Assembly (NCBI GenBank): GCA_046728115.1
Contig: JBKPDW010000072.1
Span: forward strand, 1,166-65,165
Origin: Acidobacteriota bacterium
GTDB taxonomy: Bacteria; Acidobacteriota; Vicinamibacteria; Vicinamibacterales; CAVVIG01
Direction of reading: 5' to 3'
Length of the DNA: 64,000 nucleotides
In this document: positions 52,472 through 62,067 of the stretch, piece by piece
Position numbering within the stretch: the stretch's first letter is position 1
How the letters are laid out: the number at the start of each line of letters is the position of its first letter
Position numbers and translations under genes: made by a program
Notes under the pieces: model-generated
Databases searched by the model: none
Seen by the model: the letters and a program-made list of their open reading frames with translations, nothing else
Told to the model about the DNA's origin: nothing

Positions 52472-53278
52472 CGCTGGTTTCCATATGAGAATCTCTCCCT
52501 TGCCCGGAACGCACGTGTCACCCGTATAGCGTTGATAGCCCCCGTCTCGAGCGTCGAAAGGAATGGTGCGTCCCCAGGCAGCCAGGACCTTGGCGACCAG
52601 AGGCACGAACGTGGGGTTATACGTGCACGCATAGGAGAACGTCGGCAGCAGCTGAAGCGGCGTCAGCGAAATGATCGTTCCGCGCGCCATCCACGCGCCC
52701 GTCCGCAATTCCGCGCCGCCGGCCAGCACGATCGTGCCGCCCTTCATCTGCAACCCGGCGAAGTCTCGCACCGACCCCCCGATGGCGATGAGACCTCGCT
52801 TCATCCGCATGCCGACCTCGAGGCCAGCCGAGCCATCGATGAGAATCGTTCCGTCCTTCATGCCGCTCAGGCTACCGCGGTAGGCCGCGCCAACCTGTCC
52901 GCCGGCGTTCCCATGGACGCGGATGAAGCCGCCGATCATTTCGGCGCCGAGCCAGTCCGACACATTCCCGAACACCTCGATGGTGCCGCTCGTCATCGCG
53001 GACCCGAGATGCATACCGGCATCGCCTCGAATGGCGATGCGGCCACGTGTCATCCCGCGGCCGATCCATTTCACTCTGCTCGCGTCACCGAAGATCTCGA
53101 TCTGATCGCTCCGTTCGCCTTCGACGACGAAGAAGTCGTCAAGTCGATGTTGCCGCTTGCCGAGATTCACGGGCAGCGCACGGATCTCGTCGTGGGCCAG
53201 TGCGGCGGTCGCGTCTGGCGTCAGCGTTTCGGCTTCGAGCGGAACGGACGGCGGTTCCTTGAGGTGGAGTGCGATCAT
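52454..53278 (-). CDS. fhcC: Formylmethanofuran dehydrogenase subunit C homologue (formyltransferase/hydrolase complex subunit C)
   Basis: Trimmed to Met49 (MIALHLKEPP...). Repeated G-x-x-G beta-helix units: GDAGMHLGSAMTSGTIEVFGNVSDWLGAEMIGGFIRVHGNAGGQVG.... Confidence 0.85.
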   Translation of the reverse strand: MIALHLKEPPSVPLEAETLTPDATAALAHDEIRALPVNLGKRQHRLDDFFVVEGERSDQIEIFGDASRVKWIGRGMTRGRIAIRGDAGMHLGSAMTSGTIEVFGNVSDWLGAEMIGGFIRVHGNAGGQVGAAYRGSLSGMKDGTILIDGSAGLEVGMRMKRGLIAIGGSVRDFAGLQMKGGTIVLAGGAELRTGAWMARGTIISLTPLQLLPTFSYACTYNPTFVPLVAKVLAAWGRTIPFDARDGGYQRYTGDTCVPGKGEILIWKPANRVIE

Positions 53279-53303
53279 GTCCTCTGCGCTGGCGATTTGA
53301 CAC

Positions 53304-54929
53304 TCAGCGGCAAGGCCGGACCTCGGCATCCCGCAGGCGCTCGATCTCCACCGGATAGTTCTCGAACGAGATGGTGTAGACCTTCTGGAAGACCTGTCGC
53401 AGATAGTCCTCGATCCGATCATCGTATGCCGGATGGACGATGAATTCGCGGCCCGCCGTCATGGCGCGCACGTCCCCGTCCTCGACGATGATCTCGCCGC
53501 CCTTGATCACGTAGCGCGGATACGTGAAGAGGCGACCGTCATCCGGCTTTTCGTGATAAATCGTGATGTCCGCATCAGCCCCCGCGCCCAGATGACCCTT
53601 CTGCGACAGCCCAAGCGACCGCGCCGGACCCGCGGAGGTGATGATCGCAATCTCGGACAACGTGTACTCGCGGTCGAGATCGCCGAGCACGACTCGCTGC
53701 TGCGCTTTGCTCGGAAGCTTCTTGACCTGCGCCTTCCGGAACTCCACGTCCGTCAGAAGCTGAATGATCTCCGGGTACCGCCAGAAGCAGGCGCCATTGG
53801 GATGATCCGTCGTGAGAAAGACCCGCCAGGGGTCGTCGATCAGGAGCAGCAGCTCGAGGCCGACGGCCCACTGCACCGCGTTGACCAGATTACGGTCCTT
53901 GTAGACATAGGGAACGATGCCGCACCCGGTCTCGTTCTCCACGTCCAGGTTCCCCCACTTGTGGCCCGTGAGCTGGTAAAGCAGATGCTGCCACGGCCCG
54001 TCCGCCGTGATGGTCACCGCGTCGCCAAACAACACGGCGCCGGCATCGGTCGTGAGATTCCTCTGCGCGTTGAACGCATTGGCCACGCGGGCCGACTCGG
54101 ACCGCATCGAGCTCCAGTCGTCGCCGCCGTACGCGTGGAATTGCAAGTGCGCGAGGTGCGCCCGACAACCGTTGAGCAGGTTCATCGTTTCGAGCGTGGT
54201 CGTCACGTTGCCCGGAATGCCCAGGTTGTTGCAGTGGAGATGAATCGGATGGGGAAGCTTCAACTCGTCGACGATCGCCGCGAGGCTCGCAATGATTCGC
54301 GCGGGCGTCACATGCGTATAGCCCTCGACGGGCTCGAAAAGCGCGTTCGCGTTTTTCCCCCACTTCCAGGCTGCGACGCCTCCGGGGTTGACCGCCTTGA
54401 CGCCGTATGCCTTGGCGGCCCAAATGAGCCACGCGATCACGTGTTTGGCGCGCTCCGTCTCGCCCGCCTCGAGCAGGTCCATGACGAGCTCGTTGTTGGC
54501 CATGAGCACGAGACTCGTCTTGTCGACGAGCGGGATGTCGTGCAGCTCTTCGTGTGTGTGTCTCGCCGAAAGGATCGGGACAGCCGCTTCGTTCACCGTT
54601 GTCCAACCCATACCCGCGTACAAGTAGCCCGTAGCGAACGTGGTGGGCGTCATGCCACCCAGGCCGGCGCGGCGTTCCGGGGTATGCAGGAATTTTCGTG
54701 CGGCGCGCTGGTTCTCGGGCACCAGTCCACGCGCGAAGTTGAGCGCGCCGCCGGCGACGTGCGTATGTACGTCGACGCCGCCGGGGAACACCACCATCCC
54801 GCTTGCATCGATCGAGCGGCCGCCCTCGACATCGGCCACGATGCGTCCGTCCGCAACGCAAACGTCTTTGATGACGCCGTCGATCCCGTTCGCGGGGTCG
54901 TAGACCTTGCCGCCGGTTATGCGCAACAT
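53304..54929 (-). CDS. fhcA: Formylmethanofuran dehydrogenase subunit A homologue (amidohydrolase fold)
   Basis: MLRITGGKVYDPANGIDGVIKDVCVADGRIV...VFPGGVDVHTHVAGG.... ~540 aa, typical FwdA/FhcA pattern. Confidence 0.9.
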   Translation of the reverse strand: MLRITGGKVYDPANGIDGVIKDVCVADGRIVADVEGGRSIDASGMVVFPGGVDVHTHVAGGALNFARGLVPENQRAARKFLHTPERRAGLGGMTPTTFATGYLYAGMGWTTVNEAAVPILSARHTHEELHDIPLVDKTSLVLMANNELVMDLLEAGETERAKHVIAWLIWAAKAYGVKAVNPGGVAAWKWGKNANALFEPVEGYTHVTPARIIASLAAIVDELKLPHPIHLHCNNLGIPGNVTTTLETMNLLNGCRAHLAHLQFHAYGGDDWSSMRSESARVANAFNAQRNLTTDAGAVLFGDAVTITADGPWQHLLYQLTGHKWGNLDVENETGCGIVPYVYKDRNLVNAVQWAVGLELLLLIDDPWRVFLTTDHPNGACFWRYPEIIQLLTDVEFRKAQVKKLPSKAQQRVVLGDLDREYTLSEIAIITSAGPARSLGLSQKGHLGAGADADITIYHEKPDDGRLFTYPRYVIKGGEIIVEDGDVRAMTAGREFIVHPAYDDRIEDYLRQVFQKVYTISFENYPVEIERLRDAEVRPCR

Positions 54930-55132
54930 GGAAATCGGGTAAATGGGGATCCGTCAGGCGATCGCCTGGTATTTGGAAGAATCCTTGCCTGCGTTGATCT
55001 GCTGGCCCTGCTTCGTCGTGCGGCCTGCGTTCATGATGAAGCGCCCGGCTGCCATCGGAATACGGTTATAACACGACGGCGGCTCGCCGATAGAATAGCC
55101 CAACAGAATTCGCGACGTATTCGGAGGCAGCG

Positions 55133-56302
55133 ATGGACAAATTGTCTCGTCGTGAGCTCGGCCGCCTGGCCGCTGGCGTGGTGACGGCGCGCGCGCTGGC
55201 GCCGCCGACGCAACCGCCCGCGCAGCCGCTGTACACCGGTCCGCTGACTGGCATTGTCAGCGGTCTCGAGGACCGCCGCTTCGATCCGGTGGCGTATACG
55301 CGCGACTTGTACGCCGCGGCACCGCGGCGGCTCCGATTTCAGGCGCAGACGCGCGCAGAGGCCGAGGCGTGGCAGCGGACCTTGCACGCGAGACTGATCG
55401 ACCTTCTTGGTGGATTTCCGCTCGAACGCCTTGCACTGCGCGCGGCCACGATCGACGCGCGCTCGTTCCCGTCGTATCGTCGCGAAAAGGTCGTTTTCGA
55501 TAGTCGTCCAGGCGTGACCGTGCTGGCGTACGTGCTGGTTCCGACGCAGGCCACACCGCCCGTCCCAACGGTGATCTGTGTGCCCGGCCACGGCCGAGGC
55601 GTCGACGACATCGTCGGCATCGACGAGCAAGGGCGCGATCGAACGGACAAAACCGGCTACCAGCACGATTTTGCGATTCAAGTGGCAGAAGCGGGGCTGG
55701 CGGCTGTTGCCATCGAGCCGATGGGCTTCGGTTGCCGGCGCGATCCACTCAACGCACGGCAAGGGCTGTCGCGCAAAGGATGCGAACCGATTGCCGGCGG
55801 CGCGCTCATGATCGGCCAGACGATGATCGGGTGGCGCGTATGGGACATCATGCGGACGCTCGACTACATTGCGTCGCGTCCGGAGCTGGATGCGAGTCGC
55901 GTCGGCTGCATGGGGATTTCAGGCGGCGGCACGGCCACGCTTTTTGCCGCGGCGATCGAACCTCGCCTCCGTGCGGCCATGGTCAGCGGCTACCTCAACA
56001 CGTTCAGCGACAGCATCGGCAGCCTTGCTCACTGCGTCGACAACTACATCCCCGGCATCCTGAACTGGGCCGAGATGCACGACATCGCCGGTCTGATCGC
56101 GCCAAGGCCGCTGTTTGTCGAATCGGGCGAGAAAGACAACATCTTTCCGATTCAGGCGAGCGTCGAGAGCTTCAACCACGTGCGCGAGATCTATCGTGTC
56201 TTCGAGGCGGCCGACCGAATCGAGCAGGAGGTCTTCCCCGGCGAACACTCATTCTGGGGCAAGCGCGGGATTCCATTCCTGGCGCGGCACCTGAACGCGT
56301 GA
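55133..56302 (+). CDS. Tat-signal alpha/beta hydrolase (acetyl-esterase/dienelactone-hydrolase-like)
   Basis: MDKLSRRELGRLAAGVVTARALA leader and nucleophile elbow GISGGG. Confidence 0.75.
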   Translation: MDKLSRRELGRLAAGVVTARALAPPTQPPAQPLYTGPLTGIVSGLEDRRFDPVAYTRDLYAAAPRRLRFQAQTRAEAEAWQRTLHARLIDLLGGFPLERLALRAATIDARSFPSYRREKVVFDSRPGVTVLAYVLVPTQATPPVPTVICVPGHGRGVDDIVGIDEQGRDRTDKTGYQHDFAIQVAEAGLAAVAIEPMGFGCRRDPLNARQGLSRKGCEPIAGGALMIGQTMIGWRVWDIMRTLDYIASRPELDASRVGCMGISGGGTATLFAAAIEPRLRAAMVSGYLNTFSDSIGSLAHCVDNYIPGILNWAEMHDIAGLIAPRPLFVESGEKDNIFPIQASVESFNHVREIYRVFEAADRIEQEVFPGEHSFWGKRGIPFLARHLNA

Positions 56303-56312
56303 CCGCTCGACG

Positions 56313-58031
56313 TCAACGACCGCGACTGCTCGACGAGACTGGTGACGCGTCGAGCGGCTCCAGTTTGATGATCGACGCGCCGTGGTTGCTGCCGACCCAG
56401 AACGTGACGGGATTCGTCGAGTTGTCGACGAACACTCTCCGGACGTTCGTGTGCGCGGGCAGGAGATACTCGACGAACTGACCGGTCTTGGGATTCAAGC
56501 GGAGGATGCGGTCGTTGTACTCGCCTCCGGACCATACGTCGCCGTTCTTGTCGATGGTCACGTCGTAGGGCCAGGCTCCCGGCGTCGGCGCGGGCCATTC
56601 CTGAAAGCGCCTGGTCCGGGTATCGAACATTCCAATCCGATCGGCGCGGTTCTCGCCGAACCAGAGGCGATCCTGGGAATCCATCATCCCGCGCCGCGGT
56701 CCGGATCCCGGCGTCGGCGTCTTGTCCATCGTGATGGCGCCTGTTTTCGCGTCGATCCTGCCGATCTCCTCGCTGCCGAGCGGCAGAAAATACCCGTTGT
56801 TGTTCGTGTCCGGAATCACGTCGTACACGTTCGGCCGCGGGATCTTGTACGGCTCGAACACCTCGAAATTCCCGGAACGAACGTCCAGGCGCAGCACGGT
56901 ATACGTGCCAGCATCCTGCAGCCACACTTTCCCGTCGACATGGTGCTTGTCGGGACTGACTTGATTGATCTGCACGTGGTCGCCGTTCAGCGCGGACGGC
57001 AGGCTCCACGTCTGGAACGTTTCTGTCTTCTTGTCGAACTTCGCGATGCCGCCCTGAAACTGCAAGGCGAGCCATGGATTCTCGTCCTCATCGAACCGCA
57101 TGCCGAGAATCCCCTTGGGTGCGGCGGGCTTGAGGACGGGTACCGGGTACTCGACAACCTTGCCGGTTCGCGGATCGAGCTTTCCGAGGATCTGCTCGCC
57201 GAAGGCGGCGTACCAGACCATTCCTGCCGAGTCGACGATCACGTCGTGAGGCTGCCTCGTCTTCTGCGGCAGCGCGTAGTCAGTGTAGATGACGTGCGTC
57301 CCGGCGCCCTTCGGACGGGGCAGCGTCTTGAAGCTGTAGTTCCATTGAGGGCCGGAGCTTAGATTCAGGCCGCTCAAGTACTCGGCCTGACGCCGCCACG
57401 CCTGCTGCTGTCGCTCCGCCGATACCGTTCCGCCCCCAATCCGGGGCGCCGGAGTTCGCTGCGGCATCAGTGGGAATGCGAGCGGCGGATAACCCGCCAT
57501 GCGCTCGATGACGCGCACGAACGCATCGGCATCGTGGCGCGACCTGGTCACGAGCTCCAACGTGTGACAGTGGGCGCAACCGCGGATAGAAGCCTTTCGA
57601 TCCTCGTCGCCCGGGAAACTCGCAAGCCATTCCGTGTTGGTCAGCTGCGACGCGAGATTGGCCGTCTTCTGAAGCCTGATGTCCGCCTCTGTCGTCTTGT
57701 CGCGCGCGATCGAGACGGTGATGTCGTGCTCGAGGTCGTATCCGACCGCCCGAATCTGAAGCGCATACTGGCCCGGATCCAGCTTCGCGGCTGGAAACCG
57801 ATAGCGACCTTGCTGATCGCTCACGACGCTGATCGTCTGCGTCGAGCCGGCCTTTCGGGCGCTGACGAGCACGCCTTCCATCGAGCCTTCTTCGGACGAT
57901 GAGACCACTCCGGTCAGCGCGACGTCGGTGCGCCCTTGCGCACGGACGGAGCTGGATGCGGTCTCAGCGAGCGAAAAGGCGAGGCAGGCGGCCGGTACGG
58001 ACAGGGTGAGGAGGACGCGTCGAGCTTGCAT
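56313..58031 (-). CDS. Secreted CarboxypepD_reg-like domain protein with CxxCH (CAHCH, 57564-57578) and beta-propeller C-terminal region
   Basis: VALTGVVSSSEEGSMEGVLVSARKAGS...SDQQGRYRFPAAKLDPGQYALQIRAVGY, then CAHCH, then propeller-like repeats. Paralogous in architecture to 5534..7810. Confidence 0.75.
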   Translation of the reverse strand: MQARRVLLTLSVPAACLAFSLAETASSSVRAQGRTDVALTGVVSSSEEGSMEGVLVSARKAGSTQTISVVSDQQGRYRFPAAKLDPGQYALQIRAVGYDLEHDITVSIARDKTTEADIRLQKTANLASQLTNTEWLASFPGDEDRKASIRGCAHCHTLELVTRSRHDADAFVRVIERMAGYPPLAFPLMPQRTPAPRIGGGTVSAERQQQAWRRQAEYLSGLNLSSGPQWNYSFKTLPRPKGAGTHVIYTDYALPQKTRQPHDVIVDSAGMVWYAAFGEQILGKLDPRTGKVVEYPVPVLKPAAPKGILGMRFDEDENPWLALQFQGGIAKFDKKTETFQTWSLPSALNGDHVQINQVSPDKHHVDGKVWLQDAGTYTVLRLDVRSGNFEVFEPYKIPRPNVYDVIPDTNNNGYFLPLGSEEIGRIDAKTGAITMDKTPTPGSGPRRGMMDSQDRLWFGENRADRIGMFDTRTRRFQEWPAPTPGAWPYDVTIDKNGDVWSGGEYNDRILRLNPKTGQFVEYLLPAHTNVRRVFVDNSTNPVTFWVGSNHGASIIKLEPLDASPVSSSSRGR

Positions 58032-58071
58032 AGGTACTCCGCGCGTAACCTAGCACCGAGGGAACCCGTGG

Positions 58072-59301
58072 TCAACGCTCGGGACCACGGCTGCCCCCCC
58101 ACGCAATGAGATCCGCGTACACACGCTTGGCTTGGGCGACCAGCGCCGAGTAACACGCCGCCGCATCGGGACCTTCGGCGCATACCGTGCACACCGGGCG
58201 GCCGGCGCGAATGGGTGCGCCCGGATGCGGAATATCGCGGATGTCCGCATCCGGATCGATGGGGCTGCGGCGACTCCACGCGCAGGTGTCGCCAGCCGTG
58301 ACATCCTGCCGTGCGAAGACCACTGCCTTTCCAAACGCACCTCGAGACCCGAGCCGCGCCTGCGCGAGATCGAAATCGGGCAGCATCCCGGCATCGCACG
58401 CGGACGCGTGGATGGCGAATACGGTGAGGCCGTAGGCGCGCTCGAGGAGCTCCATCGACGCGCACCAGCGTGGGTTGATTTCGACGGCGTAGGGAATGCC
58501 ATCGCACGCCACGAAATCGATCCCGTTGACGCCGACGAGGCCGAATTCGACAGCTACACGGCGGGCGAGCGCGCAAGCCGCATCGATCACAGCTTCGTCG
58601 CGCCCAAATTGCACGTCGCCGGCCGCGGCGAGAATGTTTCCGCAATACCTGAAGCCCGACGATCCGAATGCGCCGTCGCCAATCAGCTGGCGAAATACGC
58701 CGAGTGGCACGGCACGGCCACGGGCCGCCGCGAACACCACTGAGCCTGGCGTGCCATCCACGAGTTCCTGGAGATAGCAGCCGCGTGGCACGGCGTCGCC
58801 CGGATGCCACAGCCTCACCTGGTGTCCGCCGCCCGATGCCAACGGCTTCAGAAGCCATCGACGATTGGTGAGGTCCGGTGTCAGCCGCGTTGGTTCAGGC
58901 GTCTTGGCGTACGGCCGGTTCAAGATGGGCTCGACGCATGAGGCTGGCGCCGCCAATCCGTTCTTCCAGAGTGTGTGTGCGACGAGGATTGGATCGCGGG
59001 CCCGCTTCAATACATCGGGCGGGTTGCCCCACAGCGTTCGATTCGCGGCGAGCGTGCGGACCGCTTCGGGATGATTCTCGAAGTTTGCGAGGTACGCGAC
59101 TGCATCGCATGAGATGTTGCGAACAATCTCGGCCGCGGCGCGTGCCGTGAATGTTCCAGGGAGCGACAACGCGCGCACGGCCGGATGCTGATCGGAATCG
59201 GCGAACGCGTCGATTGCCGTCACGCCGAAGCCCGCCCGCGCCGCCGACTCGGCGGCCGCGCGGGCCGACACGCCCGCGATTAGAACGCTTTCAGCTCTCA
59301 C
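58072..59301 (-). CDS. ATP-grasp-fold protein (predicted ATP-dependent carboligase type) of the C1-cofactor cluster
   Basis: MRAESVLIAGVSARAAAESAARAGFGVTAIDAFAD...LLKPLASGGGHQV...GVNGIDFV...AVEINPRW. Confidence 0.7.
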   Translation of the reverse strand: MRAESVLIAGVSARAAAESAARAGFGVTAIDAFADSDQHPAVRALSLPGTFTARAAAEIVRNISCDAVAYLANFENHPEAVRTLAANRTLWGNPPDVLKRARDPILVAHTLWKNGLAAPASCVEPILNRPYAKTPEPTRLTPDLTNRRWLLKPLASGGGHQVRLWHPGDAVPRGCYLQELVDGTPGSVVFAAARGRAVPLGVFRQLIGDGAFGSSGFRYCGNILAAAGDVQFGRDEAVIDAACALARRVAVEFGLVGVNGIDFVACDGIPYAVEINPRWCASMELLERAYGLTVFAIHASACDAGMLPDFDLAQARLGSRGAFGKAVVFARQDVTAGDTCAWSRRSPIDPDADIRDIPHPGAPIRAGRPVCTVCAEGPDAAACYSALVAQAKRVYADLIAWGGSRGPER

Positions 59302-60388
59302 GATCGAGTTTCAGTCTGGAGCGAGCCGCGGCCGGAGAGATGAAGTGAAGATGATCGAGAACCGTGCCTGAAGCGTCGCGAATGCCGAGGGCATCGACGA
59401 TGGGAGCAAAGCGCCCGCCCGCAAGCCCGTCCGCAATCACGGCGGCGCCCTGAGCGCCCTGCTTCGACGTAGCGGCAAATCCGCTGAGCCCGCAGACCGT
59501 CGCGCGTGGAAGCGCAGACGCCAACCGGCGCGCCAGTTCCTCGACCACGCCTCCGATACGTGCCACGCGTCCCGAAAGAATCACGTCGCTTGCCTTGGGG
59601 GCGGAGACCGCGAGCGTGATCACCGCTTTTACAGCGCTTTCAAGGTACGCCTCCCAGGCCAGACGTCCTTGCGCTGTGGTTGGCGACGCGAGCGCTTCTG
59701 GTGGAGCCTCGGGTGTACCGGCGATCGTAGCGACACCGCCGGCAAACAGATGATGCTTCGTGACGGCATGGGTCAGAAACGCGACTTCGCCGTCGAGCGC
59801 GCCGGCGGCGCGCAGACCGATCGGTCCCGATGTGCCGCCGAGGCCGTCCACGATTCGACCATCCTCAACCGCGATCGCTGCAGTGAACGCACCGCCAAGC
59901 TCCAGCAAGATCAACGAGACGTCGCGCGGGCCACAGCCGCGGCGCACCGTCCACTCGTGAACGGCCAGCGCGACCGCGCACACTTTGTCCGCTGTTCCCA
60001 TGTCGACGCGGTTCACCTTGCGATATGCCGGGACCGACTGCAGGTGCAGCACACCAGGCGTGAGCACGACGGGAACCGACGAGCGCGCGAGCGCGCGCAT
60101 CAACGCGCGCAGTCCCAGGATGCCGCCCGATGCCTGATCGTCGGGGAGGTAGGCCAGCCGGAGATCCGCCTCGGTCAGATCGCGTGCCGTAACGAGGGGA
60201 AGACCGTAGCCGGACGGTCCGGCAACGAGATCCAGCGGCCGGGCGGCCTCGAGCACGCCCTGCAGCACGGATGGATCGGCCAGCGCGTCGGACGTCGCGA
60301 ACGATCGATCCAGGAAGACGCGTCCATCGTCCAGGCCGCAGACGTCGACGCTGATCGTGCCCGGGTCGATCCCGATTACGCGAGCCAT
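59291..60388 (-). CDS. ASKHA-fold (actin-like ATPase) protein, DUF1464-like
   Basis: Trimmed to Met27 (MARVIGIDPGTISVDVCGLDDGRV..., phosphate-1 motif). 11-nt overlap with the downstream ATP-grasp start. Confidence 0.65.
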   Translation of the reverse strand: MARVIGIDPGTISVDVCGLDDGRVFLDRSFATSDALADPSVLQGVLEAARPLDLVAGPSGYGLPLVTARDLTEADLRLAYLPDDQASGGILGLRALMRALARSSVPVVLTPGVLHLQSVPAYRKVNRVDMGTADKVCAVALAVHEWTVRRGCGPRDVSLILLELGGAFTAAIAVEDGRIVDGLGGTSGPIGLRAAGALDGEVAFLTHAVTKHHLFAGGVATIAGTPEAPPEALASPTTAQGRLAWEAYLESAVKAVITLAVSAPKASDVILSGRVARIGGVVEELARRLASALPRATVCGLSGFAATSKQGAQGAAVIADGLAGGRFAPIVDALGIRDASGTVLDHLHFISPAAARSRLKLDRES

Positions 60389-60484
60389 CTTGGGCGAACG
60401 CTCCGCCACTGAGGACGGGCCCCGTGGTGGCCACCGGTGTGAGTATTCTTTTCGCGTTGTCGTCAATTCGTGGCTGATCGCCCA

Positions 60485-61351
60485 CTAGCTTTTGGATGTC
60501 GCGAGCTCCCGACCGATGTCGGCGATCGCTTCCACGTCGAGCACCAGATCGTTTTGGGCGAAGAGCCGTTCGATGCACGCCTTGTGGATCTTCATTTTCA
60601 GCGCGCCCACGCCGAGTGCGCCGAACGTCGTCGTGCCGTCGCGATCGACGCCGTTGTCCTGGGCCTCGATCCCTTCGACGCCGGCCGGCGGAACAGCGTT
60701 GAGATCGGCGGCGGCGCGCAGTCCGCGTCCAATCCAGGCCGCGCGCGGGATCAGACGAACGCCCGCGGCACCGGCGCTCAGGAGCAGCGCGGCGCCTTCC
60801 AGCGCAGCCGCGGCCTGCGAGGTGTCCGGCAGCGTGACTTCGTCGACCGTGCCGCCGAAGCGGCGTTGAATGCGTTCTGCGAGCGCGCCGTCGTGAGGCC
60901 GGCGTGATGTCGCCCCGACGCGGGCGCCGGCGCGGGCCAGAAGCCCGGCGGCGCGCAGACCCACCGGTCCGGTCGCGGCCGTGACGACCGCGCGTTGGCC
61001 ACGCACATCGCCGACCCCCTGGAGCAGCTTCGCGACGGCCGCAACAGCCGTCGTGTTCGATCCGTTCGAGTCGAGCATGACCGACACGCGCATCGGGCCG
61101 AAAAACGCGCCGCGCACGGCCGACAGCAGTTGCTCGCCCGCCGCGATATCGGTGCCGCCGATGAAGATGGCGGTGTGGCGGAGATCCTTGGGCCCTCGCG
61201 TGAAGATGGCGCCGTGGACGAGATCCCGCACGGCGTCGGCGGTCACGCCGCCGTAGCTCATCACCTCATCCGCGCCCGCATCGTAAGCCACGACCCGGTC
61301 GAAGACGCTTGGCTGCGGCGAGGTGTCGAGTTGCAGCAGGAGATTGCGCAA
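60485..61351 (-). CDS. mtd: NAD(P)-dependent methylene-tetrahydromethanopterin dehydrogenase (MtdA/MtdB/MtdC family)
   Basis: ...PSVFDRVVAYDAGADEVMSYGGV...IFIGGTD...DSNGSNTTAVAAVA...VVTAATGPVG...DLNAVPPAGVEGI... is collinear with the Mtd family. The subtype cannot be told by eye. Confidence 0.88.
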   Translation of the reverse strand: MRNLLLQLDTSPQPSVFDRVVAYDAGADEVMSYGGVTADAVRDLVHGAIFTRGPKDLRHTAIFIGGTDIAAGEQLLSAVRGAFFGPMRVSVMLDSNGSNTTAVAAVAKLLQGVGDVRGQRAVVTAATGPVGLRAAGLLARAGARVGATSRRPHDGALAERIQRRFGGTVDEVTLPDTSQAAAALEGAALLLSAGAAGVRLIPRAAWIGRGLRAAADLNAVPPAGVEGIEAQDNGVDRDGTTTFGALGVGALKMKIHKACIERLFAQNDLVLDVEAIADIGRELATSKS

Positions 61352-61354
61352 CAG

Positions 61355-61885
61355 CTACACACCAACCCCGCGCTTCTTCTCCGCCCCGCCCGCAAACGGA
61401 TGCGCGGCTGTTTTGGCGCCGGTGATCACCTCGTTCAGGGACGGCTTGTTTGCCAGCGCGCGCTGGATCGATTCCTTGGTCGCCTGGTAGTTGTAGTCGT
61501 AAATCTTCTGAGCGTCCTTGGCTTCCCAATGGATGAACACGCCCACGAGCACGCAGTAGTCATCCGCTTTGTCGCGCGGGATCACGCCGGCCTCGACCGA
61601 ATCGACAACGGCGCGTCCAACGGCGGCTTGAGCCGGACCGAACATCTGCACCGCTTGCGCGGCTCCCTTGATGGTGACCTTGTTGAAGAGGAGCGTGTCG
61701 GGCTTGGCCGGCAGGTTCGGCGTCACGACGGCGAGGAGCGTGCTAAAGCCGTCCTTCTGGTTCGAAAGGGCATGTGTGAACGCCGCGCCCGCCGGTCCGG
61801 ACTTCGATCCGATGATGAGGTCGATGTGCGCGACTTCGTTGCCTTCACCGACCAATGACTCACCGATGAAGAAGTCTGCTGCCAT
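61355..61885 (-). CDS. fae: Formaldehyde-activating enzyme
   Basis: [20 protein letters not shown]...[25 protein letters not shown]...AVQMFGPAQ...[11 protein letters not shown]...[15 protein letters not shown] closely parallels proteobacterial Fae. Confidence 0.92.
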   Translation of the reverse strand: MAADFFIGESLVGEGNEVAHIDLIIGSKSGPAGAAFTHALSNQKDGFSTLLAVVTPNLPAKPDTLLFNKVTIKGAAQAVQMFGPAQAAVGRAVVDSVEAGVIPRDKADDYCVLVGVFIHWEAKDAQKIYDYNYQATKESIQRALANKPSLNEVITGAKTAAHPFAGGAEKKRGVGV

Positions 61886-62067
61886 TGGGAAGAGCTCCTT
61901 TCTGGAAAGTGATCAGGTCCCCTGATGGTCAGGCGTGGGTGTCGCGATCCGACGGGCATCACGCCAGGCGGGCGAGTATACACCAGGAGCACTGAGGCCA
62001 ACGCACGGCGACCCGAGGTATACAATGACCGCTTTCACAACGAAGCCGCCAGTCACTGTCACGCATC

